From a virus: DNA of 64,000 nucleotides. A program made the position numbers and the translations under genes. Below are positions 28,816 to 39,097 of this stretch, one piece after another. The first letter of the stretch is position 1. Each line of letters begins with the position of its first letter. The stretch lies in the IMG/VR virus record IMGVR_UViG_3300045988_072432; one strand, given 5' to 3'. Under the pieces are notes generated by a model. The model made no database searches, was not told where the DNA came from, and saw only the letters and a list, made by a program, of their open reading frames with translations.

Positions 28816-30603
28816 CTATGATAGTTCGAATACGTATTCATAGGTAATCGTCGCAGCAGATTGATTAATGGAGAGTGTAATCTTCTCACCTGATTCATTT
28901 TGTGTAACTGTAACCGTAGCAGATCTTGAGGATTCTTCGACGTTCTCTGAAGCTTTACTAGTTACCTTACCACTACTAGCTGAAACGGTAGCCCAAGACG
29001 GAGTACCAGATAAGCTTACACCCACCTCATAAATATCTTCAGATTCAGACCCGTTAATTACTTTTGTCTTATAGGATGAGAAATATCGATATAAAGTATC
29101 TCCAACAGCATCATGATAAACGGATTCACTTGTAACCATACCATTCCAATAAAAGTGGTAATTATAACTTACACTAGCTCCACCTTGGGTAATATCCACA
29201 TAATCAGAAGCCCCCTCATAGTTAGCAAAGACTCTAACAGTTCTAGAACTGGTACTACTGTTTGAAGAAGCAGTAAGGGTAGTCCCAGATAATGTAAAAC
29301 CCGAAATACCATTGGTACTTAGGGAAGGATCTGCAGTATCATAGCCAACCCTTACTGTATAACCAGAAGTATAATTTGAATATCGATCTCTACTTGCACT
29401 TGGGTATAAAGTTACACTCCCCCCAGTATTAGAGATAGTGTATGAACTAGCAGTTAGAGTTACAGACCATGAACCATAAGAATAGCTCAACCATTTATTT
29501 GCCTCTTGATATACAGGTATACTTACAGATTTAGTTTTACCATTGAGTGATAAGGTACCAGTAAGTGTACCTACTTGGGTTCTAGATTTTACTGTATCTT
29601 CCAGATTACTTGCACTAACTGCAGTACCATAACTAATACTAGCACCACTTGTAATCGTACCTCCTCCCGTTGTAGAACCATTCCATCCCCAGGTCTGGGA
29701 ATAAGTTGGCAAAGTAGTAAATGAACTTCTTGTACCTCCACTTGCAGGTATATCTGTTACAGCTCCACCACTTGCAGTAATTTCACTATAAGTCTTATAA
29801 CCTGCAGATTGAGAACAAGATATGGTTACTTTCTTATTGGTTTCTGCTTGGGTTAAAGTTACGGTACCACTACGAGTACTGGTAGAAGTATTATTACCCA
29901 TAGTTACTGAAGTACCGGTACCGGATATACTTCCTCCATTAGCTCTAGTATAAGTTAAAGAAATTTGGTTACCATAGTTATGACCATTTCTTAATTCTTG
30001 CTTGTATGAAGTTACCGTGAAAGTTTTAGTACCTCCTGTAGCCCCAAATGACATAGAAGTGGGGTTTACACTAAACCCATAACTCCAAGATTGAGAAGCT
30101 GCAGCTTGGACAAAAGCAACAGTTACTATCTTACCTGTTATATTTTGTGTAAAAACTAAATTGACCGAACGTTGACTTAATGCAGTATTTTCGGTAGCTA
30201 CCCAATTACCCATACTACTATCGTTTAACCAATCTGGTACAGTGGTGGAGACCTCATAGGATATACCCTCTGAAGAACCAGAAGTAACTCCATCCAAGTA
30301 CTTCTGCCGAGTAGAGGTTAAGCTTACATAAATTGGGGTAGGTCTCCCACCTAATGCTGGAAAGTTAAGGGTAGTATTTTGAGCAACAAAAGTATACTTA
30401 TAAGTTACCTTGTGTATATCTTCCAGCTTTACACATTCATTATTTCCATAGGAACTGGCATTGGATAGTTCCAACCCCACATAATTCTCCCCTGTTCCTG
30501 TCGAGGAGAGTGCTAACAATTCAGCCTTGGTAGGGCAGTCATTTCCTGTCTTACCAAGGCCTACTTTAGTTTTGACAGCACTCCAGGTTGCTATCTCTCC
30601 CAT
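28816..30603 (-). CDS. BACON-repeat surface-display protein
   Basis: Several BACON-like units ending in ..R.a.v.v.Q: RSVNLVFTQNITGKIVTVAFVQAAA, RSGTVTLTQAETNKKVTISCSQSAG and SWATVSASSGKV...SRSATVTVTQNESGEKITLSINQSAA. Ser/Thr/Gly-rich. Confidence 0.55.
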   Translation of the reverse strand: MGEIATWSAVKTKVGLGKTGNDCPTKAELLALSSTGTGENYVGLELSNASSYGNNECVKLEDIHKVTYKYTFVAQNTTLNFPALGGRPTPIYVSLTSTRQKYLDGVTSGSSEGISYEVSTTVPDWLNDSSMGNWVATENTALSQRSVNLVFTQNITGKIVTVAFVQAAASQSWSYGFSVNPTSMSFGATGGTKTFTVTSYKQELRNGHNYGNQISLTYTRANGGSISGTGTSVTMGNNTSTSTRSGTVTLTQAETNKKVTISCSQSAGYKTYSEITASGGAVTDIPASGGTRSSFTTLPTYSQTWGWNGSTTGGGTITSGASISYGTAVSASNLEDTVKSRTQVGTLTGTLSLNGKTKSVSIPVYQEANKWLSYSYGSWSVTLTASSYTISNTGGSVTLYPSASRDRYSNYTSGYTVRVGYDTADPSLSTNGISGFTLSGTTLTASSNSSTSSRTVRVFANYEGASDYVDITQGGASVSYNYHFYWNGMVTSESVYHDAVGDTLYRYFSSYKTKVINGSESEDIYEVGVSLSGTPSWATVSASSGKVTSKASENVEESSRSATVTVTQNESGEKITLSINQSAATITYEYVFELS

Positions 30604-30605
30604 GA

Positions 30606-33600
30606 TTATTTATTTTTAAGTTCTTGAATCTCAGCCTTCAAAGCCTTAATCTCATCGTAGAGAAGTTTAACACCCTCGATTGCCAAAGTTGACATCTTGT
30701 GATATTTAACTTGTTTTACGAGTACATATTCTTCTCCATTGATTTCCAAAGTTTCGAATTCCTCTGGATTAGGTACTGTAGATTTCTCTACTGGAACTTC
30801 CTCTACATATTTACCAAATCCCAATCCCTCAAGATTCTGAGCAATAGTTCCCTCGTCCTCTTTACCAAGCATTTCGAATGACTTGGTTGGTATCTGGCAA
30901 ATCTGTTCCAGAGTATGATTCAAATCCTTGATATTAGATTTGAGTCGAACATCTGAGGATTCTTTGAAGAAACCAGAAGGAGCCGTGGTCTTAGCAAATA
31001 CTACCTGGTCGGTAGTTGCCAAACTCAATTGAGCTCTAGTTACTACGTGAGGATTATCTCTTCTACCAGCATGGCTATTGATAGAAGTCTGAGCAGCAGT
31101 ACCTGCAGCCTTAGCATCAGCAATAGCAGTAGCTTGAGCAGTAGATACTGGCTTATCAGCATCAGAAGTATTATTAACATTACCCAATCCAACCTGAGTT
31201 TTAGTAACTGCATGCGGATTAGATTTATTGGCAATGTGATTATTTACCTTAGTTTCTAAGGCAGTTACATCTGAACCAGTATCGGCAATCAAATCGTCAA
31301 CGTAAGTTTTCAATTCTGTACGAAGAGCATTGATAGCATTAGTTCTATTGGTAATCTCATTTGCCAACCCCTGTACGGTATTATCCAAGTTAGTCTTATC
31401 AGCTGCAGTCATTACACCTGCAGTAGTCTTAGTTGCTGCTGGTATAGTGACATTTACATCTGTACCTCTACTATATGAGCCCTCTTCGGTATTCTTTACC
31501 CATCTAAAATACTTTAATCCGAGATTATTCGTATTTTGGGTAATACCGTTTATTACCGTCATTATCTCCTGAGGTAAACTATTGATTAGTTTATCATGCT
31601 CATTATCTTTTGCAATACGAGCTTCCTCTTCTGTTTGGATTGCATTGGGTAATGTGGTATGAAGTTTGGAGTAATCACCCGCAGTCATTACACCAGCATA
31701 CGTACTGTTAACATTAGGTATAGTAATTGATTTATTTACGATAGTCTCATAAATCTCACTGAGTCTATCTTTTTCTGTATAATCAAAGGGTATAGTTACA
31801 TTCAAAGAAGTACAAGTAGGCTTTTTAATGTCGACAACAATTTCTGTTGATAAACTATCTATGATATCCTCAAGATGTTTACCTCTCTTACCATCGAAGG
31901 CAGTCCCTTGAACTTGCCCAATGATGAGAGAAGAAGTATTACTATCTACAAATTGATTACCTGACCAACGGAATTGATATGATGGCTCGCCCTCACTTAC
32001 ATTGACATATATCTTACCTGATTCTCCAACTATTGGAGTTTGATAATTGGGATCAGAAAACAATTCTATGTCGGATAATTGACCCGTATTGCTCATCTGG
32101 TAACTAGCATATACTTCGATAATATCATCTACATATGAAGGCAAATGGTTAGCTGGTACCAATCCATTACCATCCAATGGAGCAAACCCATCAGGTTGTC
32201 CCTTAGTTGCTACAAAAGCATCATGCTTAGCCTCTAGAGCATTAATATTATTCTGGAGTTTAGTATCAAGGGCTGTATCTGCTGCAGTTCTATCGCTAAT
32301 CTCCTTATCAATCCTTGCACCCAAAGCAGTGTCTGCAGAAGTACGAGCAGTTGCTTCATCATTTACTGCTTTAGTAAATTTTGTGTCGAGAGCGGTATCT
32401 GCATCTTTACGGGCTTGAACTTCTTCAGCAAGAGCTGCCTCCGATTTACCATCCAAAGCTTCAATAGCATCCTTTCTATCCTGGATTTCTTGAGCTATTG
32501 CATTGGGTAAGGTCTCATCCAGGTTTGTCTTATCTACGGCAGTCATAACTCCGGCATTTTCTTTAGTTGCCTTTGATATACTGATATTATCAGTGCCCTT
32601 TAATTCATATACTCCAGTATCTCTATTAAAAGTTGAGGGTAGAGATACTAAGTCTACATGGTCTGAATAAGGAACTGGATTCCTATGATAACTTATAAAC
32701 TTCTCAGGAAGAGAATCAAACAGCTTCTTATCTGCAGCAGATTGTACACCAGCTTTTTCTGCAGTAGAAGCAGGTAAAGTAATTGGATTCTGTTCTACAG
32801 TACCATCCTCAATTACAGTTTTAGTAGCAGCAATGCCTACTGAAGTCTCATTTGGGGTTACATCCCCAAGAGCAAAGTTAACAGTAGTAATTCTATCTAA
32901 CTCTACTTTATCCTTAGCAGTCATCGTACCCGCCTTAGTATCAGATACCTGAGGCAAATCAAAGGTTTCTGTAGTATCAAGATTCAAACCATTATCTTTA
33001 GTTACTGTAACAGTAACTTTTTCAGCATCTGAATCAGCAGAGAGACCGGTAATAGAATTTTCATCTAGCCCATCCAACTTAATCTTATCTGCTGCAGTCA
33101 TAACTCCTGCAAGAGATTGGGTTACCGGAAGAAGTTCTTTAATGGCCTCATTAGATTCTCCATATTGGTTGTTAGAAACGTCCTTAGTAGAAGTATTTAC
33201 CTTGAAAGTAAGTTTAGAGTCATCTCTACTTATTTCACTTACACCAGTAACCATGGTATTGGGTAAAGCATCAGAAGTTGCTTCCTCGGCTACCAACCTT
33301 TCTTCGTGGTCATCAGTAATATTAGTAAACTTATTATCCAAAGCGGTATCTGCATCGGTTCGGTCTTGGATTTCCTTATCGATACGTTTACCCAAAGCAG
33401 TGTCTGCAGAAGTACGAGCAGCCTCTTCTGCATCTATGTTATCTTGAAGAACTTTATCAGCAGCCTTTCTCTCTTCACTCTCGGTATTAAGGTCAGAAGT
33501 ATTCTGGTCAATCTTTGCTTCCAACCGAATATCCTCAGCTTTACGAGCGGCAATTTCGTTATTTAACAGATCGGTAATGGCAGTATAATTACCATTAATA

Positions 33601-36600
33601 TTATCTTGAATACCCTGGATTAATTCCAGGTTACGTTGGATATTAGCAGTATTCTGAGTTACCAGAGCATTAGTAGCATTCAGAGAAGTTAACAACTCTG
33701 TACGAGTTTCACTTACAAAAGTTCTCAGCTCATTTACTGTGGTAGTAAGTGTAGTACTTAAGTTAGTAAAGGACTGTTGTAGAGTATTATCACCTTGTTC
33801 TCGTAAGTTCTTTTCGGCTTCAAGCTTATTCTCCAACTCGGTAAGCTTAGCAGTAATGGTTGCTGCAAAGTTGGGGTCATCACCAAGAGCCTTAGCAATC
33901 TCTGCCAAAGTGTCCAATACTTCGGGAGCTGAACCAATAATATTTTGGATTGCAGCCTCTACTTGTTCTGCATTCTGAAAATCAGAATCGTTTAATAACT
34001 CAGATACCTTAGTGATGTAGTTTGCATGTTCTTCAATGCCATCAAGTTTTGCATATAGCAAATCCGTGAAGTCATTAGAAGAAAGTACTTTACCATCTAC
34101 TTTATCTACCTTCTTATTATCCAGTGCTTGGTCAGCAGCAATCCTATCTGCCTTCTCTTGAGCAAGAGCATTACTGATAAGTGTATCTTGATTAGCTCTA
34201 TCAGTTGCTTCTTTATCAATATTGGTTTGAAGTAGAGTGTCTCCAGCCAAACGTTCATTTTTCTCTGTAAGCATATCTCGAGTGATACCGGCCATATCAT
34301 CCCTGTGATTCTGAAGATTGGTATCTATCTTTGCCTCCAGAGTGGTCTCTTTTGCAATAGCTCGGTCTTTCTCGGCATTAATAGCAGTGGTATTAGCATT
34401 TACCTTTGCTTTTAGTTCATTCATAGCATCGGTATTACCTACCTCTAGAGAATCAATACGAGTTCCTAAAGCATTATCACCTGCAATTCTATCTTCCTTC
34501 TCTTGATCTAACTTGAGGTTAAGTTTATCTACCTCGGATTCTAAAGCCTGTTTAGTATTATCCAATTTAGCAGTAAACTCCGTACTCAAAGCATTATCTG
34601 CAGCAGTACGATCTGCTATCTCTTTGTCAAGATTTACTTGAAGAACTTGGTCGGCAGCAATCCTCTCTACTCTCTCAGTATTAAGGTCTATATTAAGATT
34701 ATCAATCCTAGAACTTAAGGCAGTATCGGCATTGGTACGGTCAACGATTTCCTCGTTAATCATATCCTTAACTTCCTTGTAGTTATCACTTACGGTTTTA
34801 GTTAAGTTTGTGATTAACTCAGAATTTCTTTCGATATTGTGAGTATTCGTAGCAATAGCCGTTGTATTAGCATTTACTTGCTCAGTAAGCTCATTACGTA
34901 AGGTATTGATAGAATCTTGAATACTTAAAGCCAACTCGGCTATACGTCTATTAACGTTAGTCAAACTAACATTATAAGCATCATCTGCAGTCTTTCTGTC
35001 AGCAATCTCTTTATCTAAAGAAGCCTTAATAGCGGCATCGGCATCCTTTCTATCCTGGATTTCCTTGTTAAGATTATCCCTTACAACTCCAATTGCAGCA
35101 TCGCCAGTTGCAGACTTATTGTCTATATATTCTTTTAACTTAGCCTCAAGAGCAATGTCTGCATCTTTACGGGCTTGGGTTTCTGTAGCTACTTCAGCAC
35201 TATTTGCTTCATCACCTGCAATACGGTCCTCTATTTCCTGATTAACCTGTTCAGTAATAGCCGCCAATTTCTTGGTGATAGTTGTAGCAAAATTTGGATC
35301 ATTACCCAAAGCATCGGCAATTTCCTTAAGAGTATCAAGTACTTCAGGGGCAGCACCTACAATTTCTTGAATAGCTGCTTTTACTTCGTCCTCAGTTTGG
35401 AAACCTGAATCGTTGATAAGCTGAGATAAATGGGTAATATAGTTGGCATGTTCTTCAATACCGTCCAACTTAGCTTTGAGTATATCTGTAAAGTCATTCT
35501 TAGTTAATGAATAACCCTCTCGTTTATCCACCTTTTGATTATCGAGATCGATATCGGCATTTTCACGAGCCATAGCCTCTGCAGCAATTGCCTCGAGTAA
35601 TTGGGCTTTATCTGCTTGGCCCTGTAATTTTATATCCTCAATTTTATGATCAAGGACTAAATCCTGAGCAGCTCTTGTAGTTGCTTCTGAATCGATATTA
35701 TTCTGTAATACCTGGTCAGCAGAAGTACGAGCTTGTGCTTCTTTATCGATGTTACTCTGAAGAAGGTTATCGGCATTTGTACGATCTGCTACCTCTTTAG
35801 AAATATCATTGTGAAGAACTTGGTCCTCCGAATGACGGTCTACTCTTTCCTGATCTATCTTACTCTGAAGAGCCTGGGTATCAGATTGGCGATTAGTAAT
35901 TTCCTCGTTAATCTTAGAATCCAAGACAGTATCAGCATTGGTACGGTTGGCAGTCTCTTCAGCAATTTTAGCTTCGAGTGTGGCCTTATCATTGATATGA
36001 AGGGTCTTAAGTTCATTTACACTTTCCTTAATCTCAGCATCAGCAGCGATACGTTCTTCTCTTTCCTGTTGAATGAGTCCCTTGAGTTCATTCTCAAGTT
36101 TATTATTATTATTATTTATTTTATCGTTAAGGTCTTTGATGTCATCGGTATTCTTGTCTACCTTTCTTTCAACTCGATCAATTTCTGCCTTTAAATCTGA
36201 CTTTACAGTATCAATCTTCTTGTTAATCTGATCTAGCCCATATTCAAGATTATCCTGAACTGCTGCTACTGCTGCACCCAAAGCGGCTTCTGCCTCTTTA
36301 GCTCGATTAACCTCTTCTGTTAAAGCAGTACGTAATTCGGTTAGCTTATTGGTAATAGTTGTAGCAAAATTTGGATCATTACCCAAAGCTTCTGCTAACT
36401 CTTTAAGAGTATCAAGAGCATCATCTGCACCATCAACCAAATCACTAATCATCTGTTTAACTTCTTCCTCAGTTTGATACTTTAAGTCATTTTCAAGCTG
36501 AGATACCTTAGTGATGTAGTTTGCATGTTCTTCAATGCCATCAAGTTTAGCTTTTAACTCATCAGTGAAGTCATTCTTAGATAAGTCATATCCTTCCTTC

Positions 36601-36746
36601 TTATCTACCTTATTTTTGATAGAAAGTACGAAAGCCCAGAACTCATTTATAGTTCCCCCAAAGCCAGCACGAACAAAGTCATCATAGTAACCCTGTAACA
36701 ACCGCTGGTCAATCTCTTCGCAGGTGTAATATTTACTTACATACAT
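30606..36746 (-). CDS. giant (2046 aa) coiled-coil fibre protein with C-terminal S74 intramolecular chaperone domain
   Basis: Three copies of a roughly 95-aa module (KVDKxEGYxLSKNDFTDxLKAKLDGIEEHANYIT...LDTLKEIAxALGNDPNFATTIT). Six AGVMTAADKxxLD-type repeats. Long heptad-like stretches. C-terminal SDVRLKSNIKDL...LEQICQIP is the S74 autocleavage signature. Confidence 0.8.
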   Translation of the reverse strand: MYVSKYYTCEEIDQRLLQGYYDDFVRAGFGGTINEFWAFVLSIKNKVDKKEGYDLSKNDFTDELKAKLDGIEEHANYITKVSQLENDLKYQTEEEVKQMISDLVDGADDALDTLKELAEALGNDPNFATTITNKLTELRTALTEEVNRAKEAEAALGAAVAAVQDNLEYGLDQINKKIDTVKSDLKAEIDRVERKVDKNTDDIKDLNDKINNNNNKLENELKGLIQQEREERIAADAEIKESVNELKTLHINDKATLEAKIAEETANRTNADTVLDSKINEEITNRQSDTQALQSKIDQERVDRHSEDQVLHNDISKEVADRTNADNLLQSNIDKEAQARTSADQVLQNNIDSEATTRAAQDLVLDHKIEDIKLQGQADKAQLLEAIAAEAMARENADIDLDNQKVDKREGYSLTKNDFTDILKAKLDGIEEHANYITHLSQLINDSGFQTEDEVKAAIQEIVGAAPEVLDTLKEIADALGNDPNFATTITKKLAAITEQVNQEIEDRIAGDEANSAEVATETQARKDADIALEAKLKEYIDNKSATGDAAIGVVRDNLNKEIQDRKDADAAIKASLDKEIADRKTADDAYNVSLTNVNRRIAELALSIQDSINTLRNELTEQVNANTTAIATNTHNIERNSELITNLTKTVSDNYKEVKDMINEEIVDRTNADTALSSRIDNLNIDLNTERVERIAADQVLQVNLDKEIADRTAADNALSTEFTAKLDNTKQALESEVDKLNLKLDQEKEDRIAGDNALGTRIDSLEVGNTDAMNELKAKVNANTTAINAEKDRAIAKETTLEAKIDTNLQNHRDDMAGITRDMLTEKNERLAGDTLLQTNIDKEATDRANQDTLISNALAQEKADRIAADQALDNKKVDKVDGKVLSSNDFTDLLYAKLDGIEEHANYITKVSELLNDSDFQNAEQVEAAIQNIIGSAPEVLDTLAEIAKALGDDPNFAATITAKLTELENKLEAEKNLREQGDNTLQQSFTNLSTTLTTTVNELRTFVSETRTELLTSLNATNALVTQNTANIQRNLELIQGIQDNINGNYTAITDLLNNEIAARKAEDIRLEAKIDQNTSDLNTESEERKAADKVLQDNIDAEEAARTSADTALGKRIDKEIQDRTDADTALDNKFTNITDDHEERLVAEEATSDALPNTMVTGVSEISRDDSKLTFKVNTSTKDVSNNQYGESNEAIKELLPVTQSLAGVMTAADKIKLDGLDENSITGLSADSDAEKVTVTVTKDNGLNLDTTETFDLPQVSDTKAGTMTAKDKVELDRITTVNFALGDVTPNETSVGIAATKTVIEDGTVEQNPITLPASTAEKAGVQSAADKKLFDSLPEKFISYHRNPVPYSDHVDLVSLPSTFNRDTGVYELKGTDNISISKATKENAGVMTAVDKTNLDETLPNAIAQEIQDRKDAIEALDGKSEAALAEEVQARKDADTALDTKFTKAVNDEATARTSADTALGARIDKEISDRTAADTALDTKLQNNINALEAKHDAFVATKGQPDGFAPLDGNGLVPANHLPSYVDDIIEVYASYQMSNTGQLSDIELFSDPNYQTPIVGESGKIYVNVSEGEPSYQFRWSGNQFVDSNTSSLIIGQVQGTAFDGKRGKHLEDIIDSLSTEIVVDIKKPTCTSLNVTIPFDYTEKDRLSEIYETIVNKSITIPNVNSTYAGVMTAGDYSKLHTTLPNAIQTEEEARIAKDNEHDKLINSLPQEIMTVINGITQNTNNLGLKYFRWVKNTEEGSYSRGTDVNVTIPAATKTTAGVMTAADKTNLDNTVQGLANEITNRTNAINALRTELKTYVDDLIADTGSDVTALETKVNNHIANKSNPHAVTKTQVGLGNVNNTSDADKPVSTAQATAIADAKAAGTAAQTSINSHAGRRDNPHVVTRAQLSLATTDQVVFAKTTAPSGFFKESSDVRLKSNIKDLNHTLEQICQIPTKSFEMLGKEDEGTIAQNLEGLGFGKYVEEVPVEKSTVPNPEEFETLEINGEEYVLVKQVKYHKMSTLAIEGVKLLYDEIKALKAEIQELKNK
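34002..34049. repeat. 48-nt exact intragenic repeat, copy B
   Basis: Identical to 36501-36548. A diverged third copy lies near 35441-35490. Confidence 0.9.
36501..36548. repeat. 48-nt exact intragenic repeat, copy A
   Basis: agataccttagtgatgtagtttgcatgttcttcaatgccatcaagttt is identical to 34002-34049. Confidence 0.9.
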
Positions 36747-36757
36747 ATTTATAAAAT

Positions 36758-37183
36758 TTAAGGATTAATTACTGAACGTTGACGACCCAGTAAGAATTCC
36801 GAATCTATATCCCTGAATGGTTCTCCCTCTGAACCACAGAAGGCATTCATTGGTATATTCGGATTTTCTGGATCTACATCTCCACCGTCTTCTATATCCC
36901 CCCGTATGCAAGCATAATCGGGAAGCTTATTTACACGGAATTTCATTACCTGGCCTATACCAGGATGAGGTATTATTTTATCCCAGATATCACCGAAGTA
37001 ATCTTGAAAGCAGGTGACAAATTTGTTTCCGGTCATCGATTGAAATGCCGTTACATCGTTGCCATTACCTTTCATTTCAATATGAACTCCAGATGTACCA
37101 TTAAGGATAACCAGATTACTATCAAACCAGATTCCACTGGAGGTAGTAATTGGGGTCCACCTCAGTACTAACATCTTTGCCAT
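36758..37183 (-). CDS. hypothetical virion protein
   Basis: 141-aa ORF in the connector region. Confidence 0.5.
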   Translation of the reverse strand: MAKMLVLRWTPITTSSGIWFDSNLVILNGTSGVHIEMKGNGNDVTAFQSMTGNKFVTCFQDYFGDIWDKIIPHPGIGQVMKFRVNKLPDYACIRGDIEDGGDVDPENPNIPMNAFCGSEGEPFRDIDSEFLLGRQRSVINP

Positions 37184-37195
37184 ACACTTAATGTT

Positions 37196-37672
37196 TTATT
37201 CTACAAATTCAATTTTGGTATCTCGGTCTCTCTTTAGGATAACCATGAAAACTAGAGCCTCATCCTTTGCCTGAGCAGTTTGAGTGTCACCGGATGGTTT
37301 ATACGTTATGCCATTGATTACGAACCTATCTTGTTCCCAATTAAAATCCCAATATCCCTCAGAGGTAAGATAACCAATCTGTTCTATATAAGATTTAGAA
37401 ATTAGTATTGATAAGTTTTCATCGTCCAATTCTCCAGTTACTGTAGCCTTATTAATTGGCCAGTTTCTGAAAGCATTGTAGTAACATAATGCCTCGATTT
37501 GGATATTGTAATACTTGGGTATACTATCTTCGGCATGACTGAGAAGTTGGTTAACATTTTTTGCCCAAGTTATGGTTTGTCTACCAGCATCCCAATCCAA
37601 GAAATCGGTGATAATTTTCTTGTATCTATCCCAAGAGCGGTTCTTTACCATTCTCCATGGTTCTTTTGTCAT
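37196..37672 (-). CDS. hypothetical virion protein
   Basis: 158-aa ORF, ATGA overlap with the upstream gene. Confidence 0.5.
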   Translation of the reverse strand: MTKEPWRMVKNRSWDRYKKIITDFLDWDAGRQTITWAKNVNQLLSHAEDSIPKYYNIQIEALCYYNAFRNWPINKATVTGELDDENLSILISKSYIEQIGYLTSEGYWDFNWEQDRFVINGITYKPSGDTQTAQAKDEALVFMVILKRDRDTKIEFVE

Positions 37673-38565
37673 AGTTTAGTTAAAATTGAGTCATTACCAC
37701 CCTTTACTGGTGCACTTGGGTTAGGCCCATCTAATATACCAGGTTTTCTTCGGTTAACTACCCTTGGTATTACAGTTCTGAATACTTCATCACAGAACGG
37801 TAAGTAGATTTCCAATCGTGAAGCTAACATGCAAAGGTTCTTTCTTAATTCATCTATTAATCCACCCGGTTGCATTGCTTGAGAAAGTGTTTTCCATAGG
37901 GAACTTGTAGCATCTGCCAAGGTATCATAATATTGCACTTCAGTAGGCCCAGTAGTGATTTGTTTAATTCTATCACCTCGGGCAAGTTCTGGTTTAGAGG
38001 TACCATCACCGGTTTGTTCTTTGTTAGAAGTTAATTGACTTAAATATTCAGAAGTACTCGTTAATAAGTTAAGTATCTTCACATTAAGAAAATCCCATGC
38101 TGCCAATTCCATTATTAATTGGTTTTCTAGTGCTTCATACCATAATTCGTCAGTATATTTATCTGGTGGAATTGTATGATTTACTAGAGGTCCAATATAA
38201 TATTGCCACTTGGTGATGTAAATGGATTTATCCTCTCGTGTCATACCATCGGAGATTTCTGATGGAATATAATGGTCAATTAAATTATATATTGTATCGG
38301 CTAATGCCGTATGCCCATAATCACAAACTACCAGAGTCTTATCTACGGTGATATCTAAACCGCTAGAGTTAGTTACATGTAATGTTACGGTATAGAAACC
38401 GGGAGCTTCATAAGAATAGGAAACATGTCTTCCACCATTGAAAACCTCTCCCTTATCATCGCCAAAGTCCCAGTCAAAAATAGATTTGGCCGGGACTTTG
38501 GATATGACTCTGAATGAAACTTCCAGACCTGACGTAACGTACAAAAAGTCCAGATTATTTTTCAT
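37669..38565 (-). CDS. PKD-domain virion protein
   Basis: N-terminal FDWDFGDDKGEVFNGGRHVSYSYEAPGFYTVTLHVTNSSG is a PKD signature. Confidence 0.6.
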   Translation of the reverse strand: MKNNLDFLYVTSGLEVSFRVISKVPAKSIFDWDFGDDKGEVFNGGRHVSYSYEAPGFYTVTLHVTNSSGLDITVDKTLVVCDYGHTALADTIYNLIDHYIPSEISDGMTREDKSIYITKWQYYIGPLVNHTIPPDKYTDELWYEALENQLIMELAAWDFLNVKILNLLTSTSEYLSQLTSNKEQTGDGTSKPELARGDRIKQITTGPTEVQYYDTLADATSSLWKTLSQAMQPGGLIDELRKNLCMLASRLEIYLPFCDEVFRTVIPRVVNRRKPGILDGPNPSAPVKGGNDSILTKL

Positions 38566-38594
38566 ATTAGTCTGTCTTATGTAATTTTCATATA

Positions 38595-38999
38595 TTAACC
38601 TTTAGAAGAAGATTCAAATTCTTCCAGCAAAGCCTGGAGAAGTGTTTCTACTGTATCATCTTTCTCGGCAACGATTTCATGTAAACCAGCTACCAGCTTC
38701 AGTTCTTCAAGAGAATATCCCTTTGAAAGCTTTTCCAAAGTCATGCCCTTTTTAAACTGGGCATTTAACCTCTTGTCCAACTTTTCGATGTCAGCCTCAG
38801 AATACTTTTCGATTTCCGATTTATCAGCAATGATAATCAGATGACCCGAAGCAACAGCCTTCTGAATTTTCGGTGTACGGAATTGACGACGAGTGAGTTC
38901 TTTTTCTTCTCCTCTACAAATGGTAATACCAGTTGATTGGTCATGAAAACTGTAAGCTCTTGGTCCCACAGTTAATGTGTATTTATTATCTTTAGCCAT
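38595..38999 (-). CDS. hypothetical protein downstream of MCP
   Basis: 134-aa ORF. Confidence 0.5.
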   Translation of the reverse strand: MAKDNKYTLTVGPRAYSFHDQSTGITICRGEEKELTRRQFRTPKIQKAVASGHLIIIADKSEIEKYSEADIEKLDKRLNAQFKKGMTLEKLSKGYSLEELKLVAGLHEIVAEKDDTVETLLQALLEEFESSSKG

Positions 39000-39030
39000 A
39001 TTTCCTAAGATTAAAATAAAAGTTGATTAA

Positions 39031-39065
39031 AGAGGGGGATGGGTCTTTTTAGTTACCCACCCTCT
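39031..39065 (-). terminator. imperfect hairpin terminator after MCP gene
   Basis: Minus strand AGAGGGTGGGT...ACCCATCCCCCTCT followed by TTTAATCAACTTTTATTTT. Confidence 0.5.
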
Positions 39066-39097
39066 CTGGGAATTTATATAGATGAAACCGGACGTTC

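Noticed and set aside
19072-36903. Other G6/C6 runs as phase-variation sites (19072-19077, 20244-20249 and 36898-36903; also 8656-8661).
   Set aside because: All lie in frame inside long intact ORFs. Their number is about what base composition predicts by my rough estimate. Only the runs at 50380 and 51047 coincide with a frame break in conserved coding sequence.
39071-39078. TATAAATT after the MCP gene as a functional late promoter.
   Set aside because: It lies upstream of the MCP terminator hairpin (39031-39065), so transcripts started there would immediately meet the terminator. It is more likely a chance AT-rich match.
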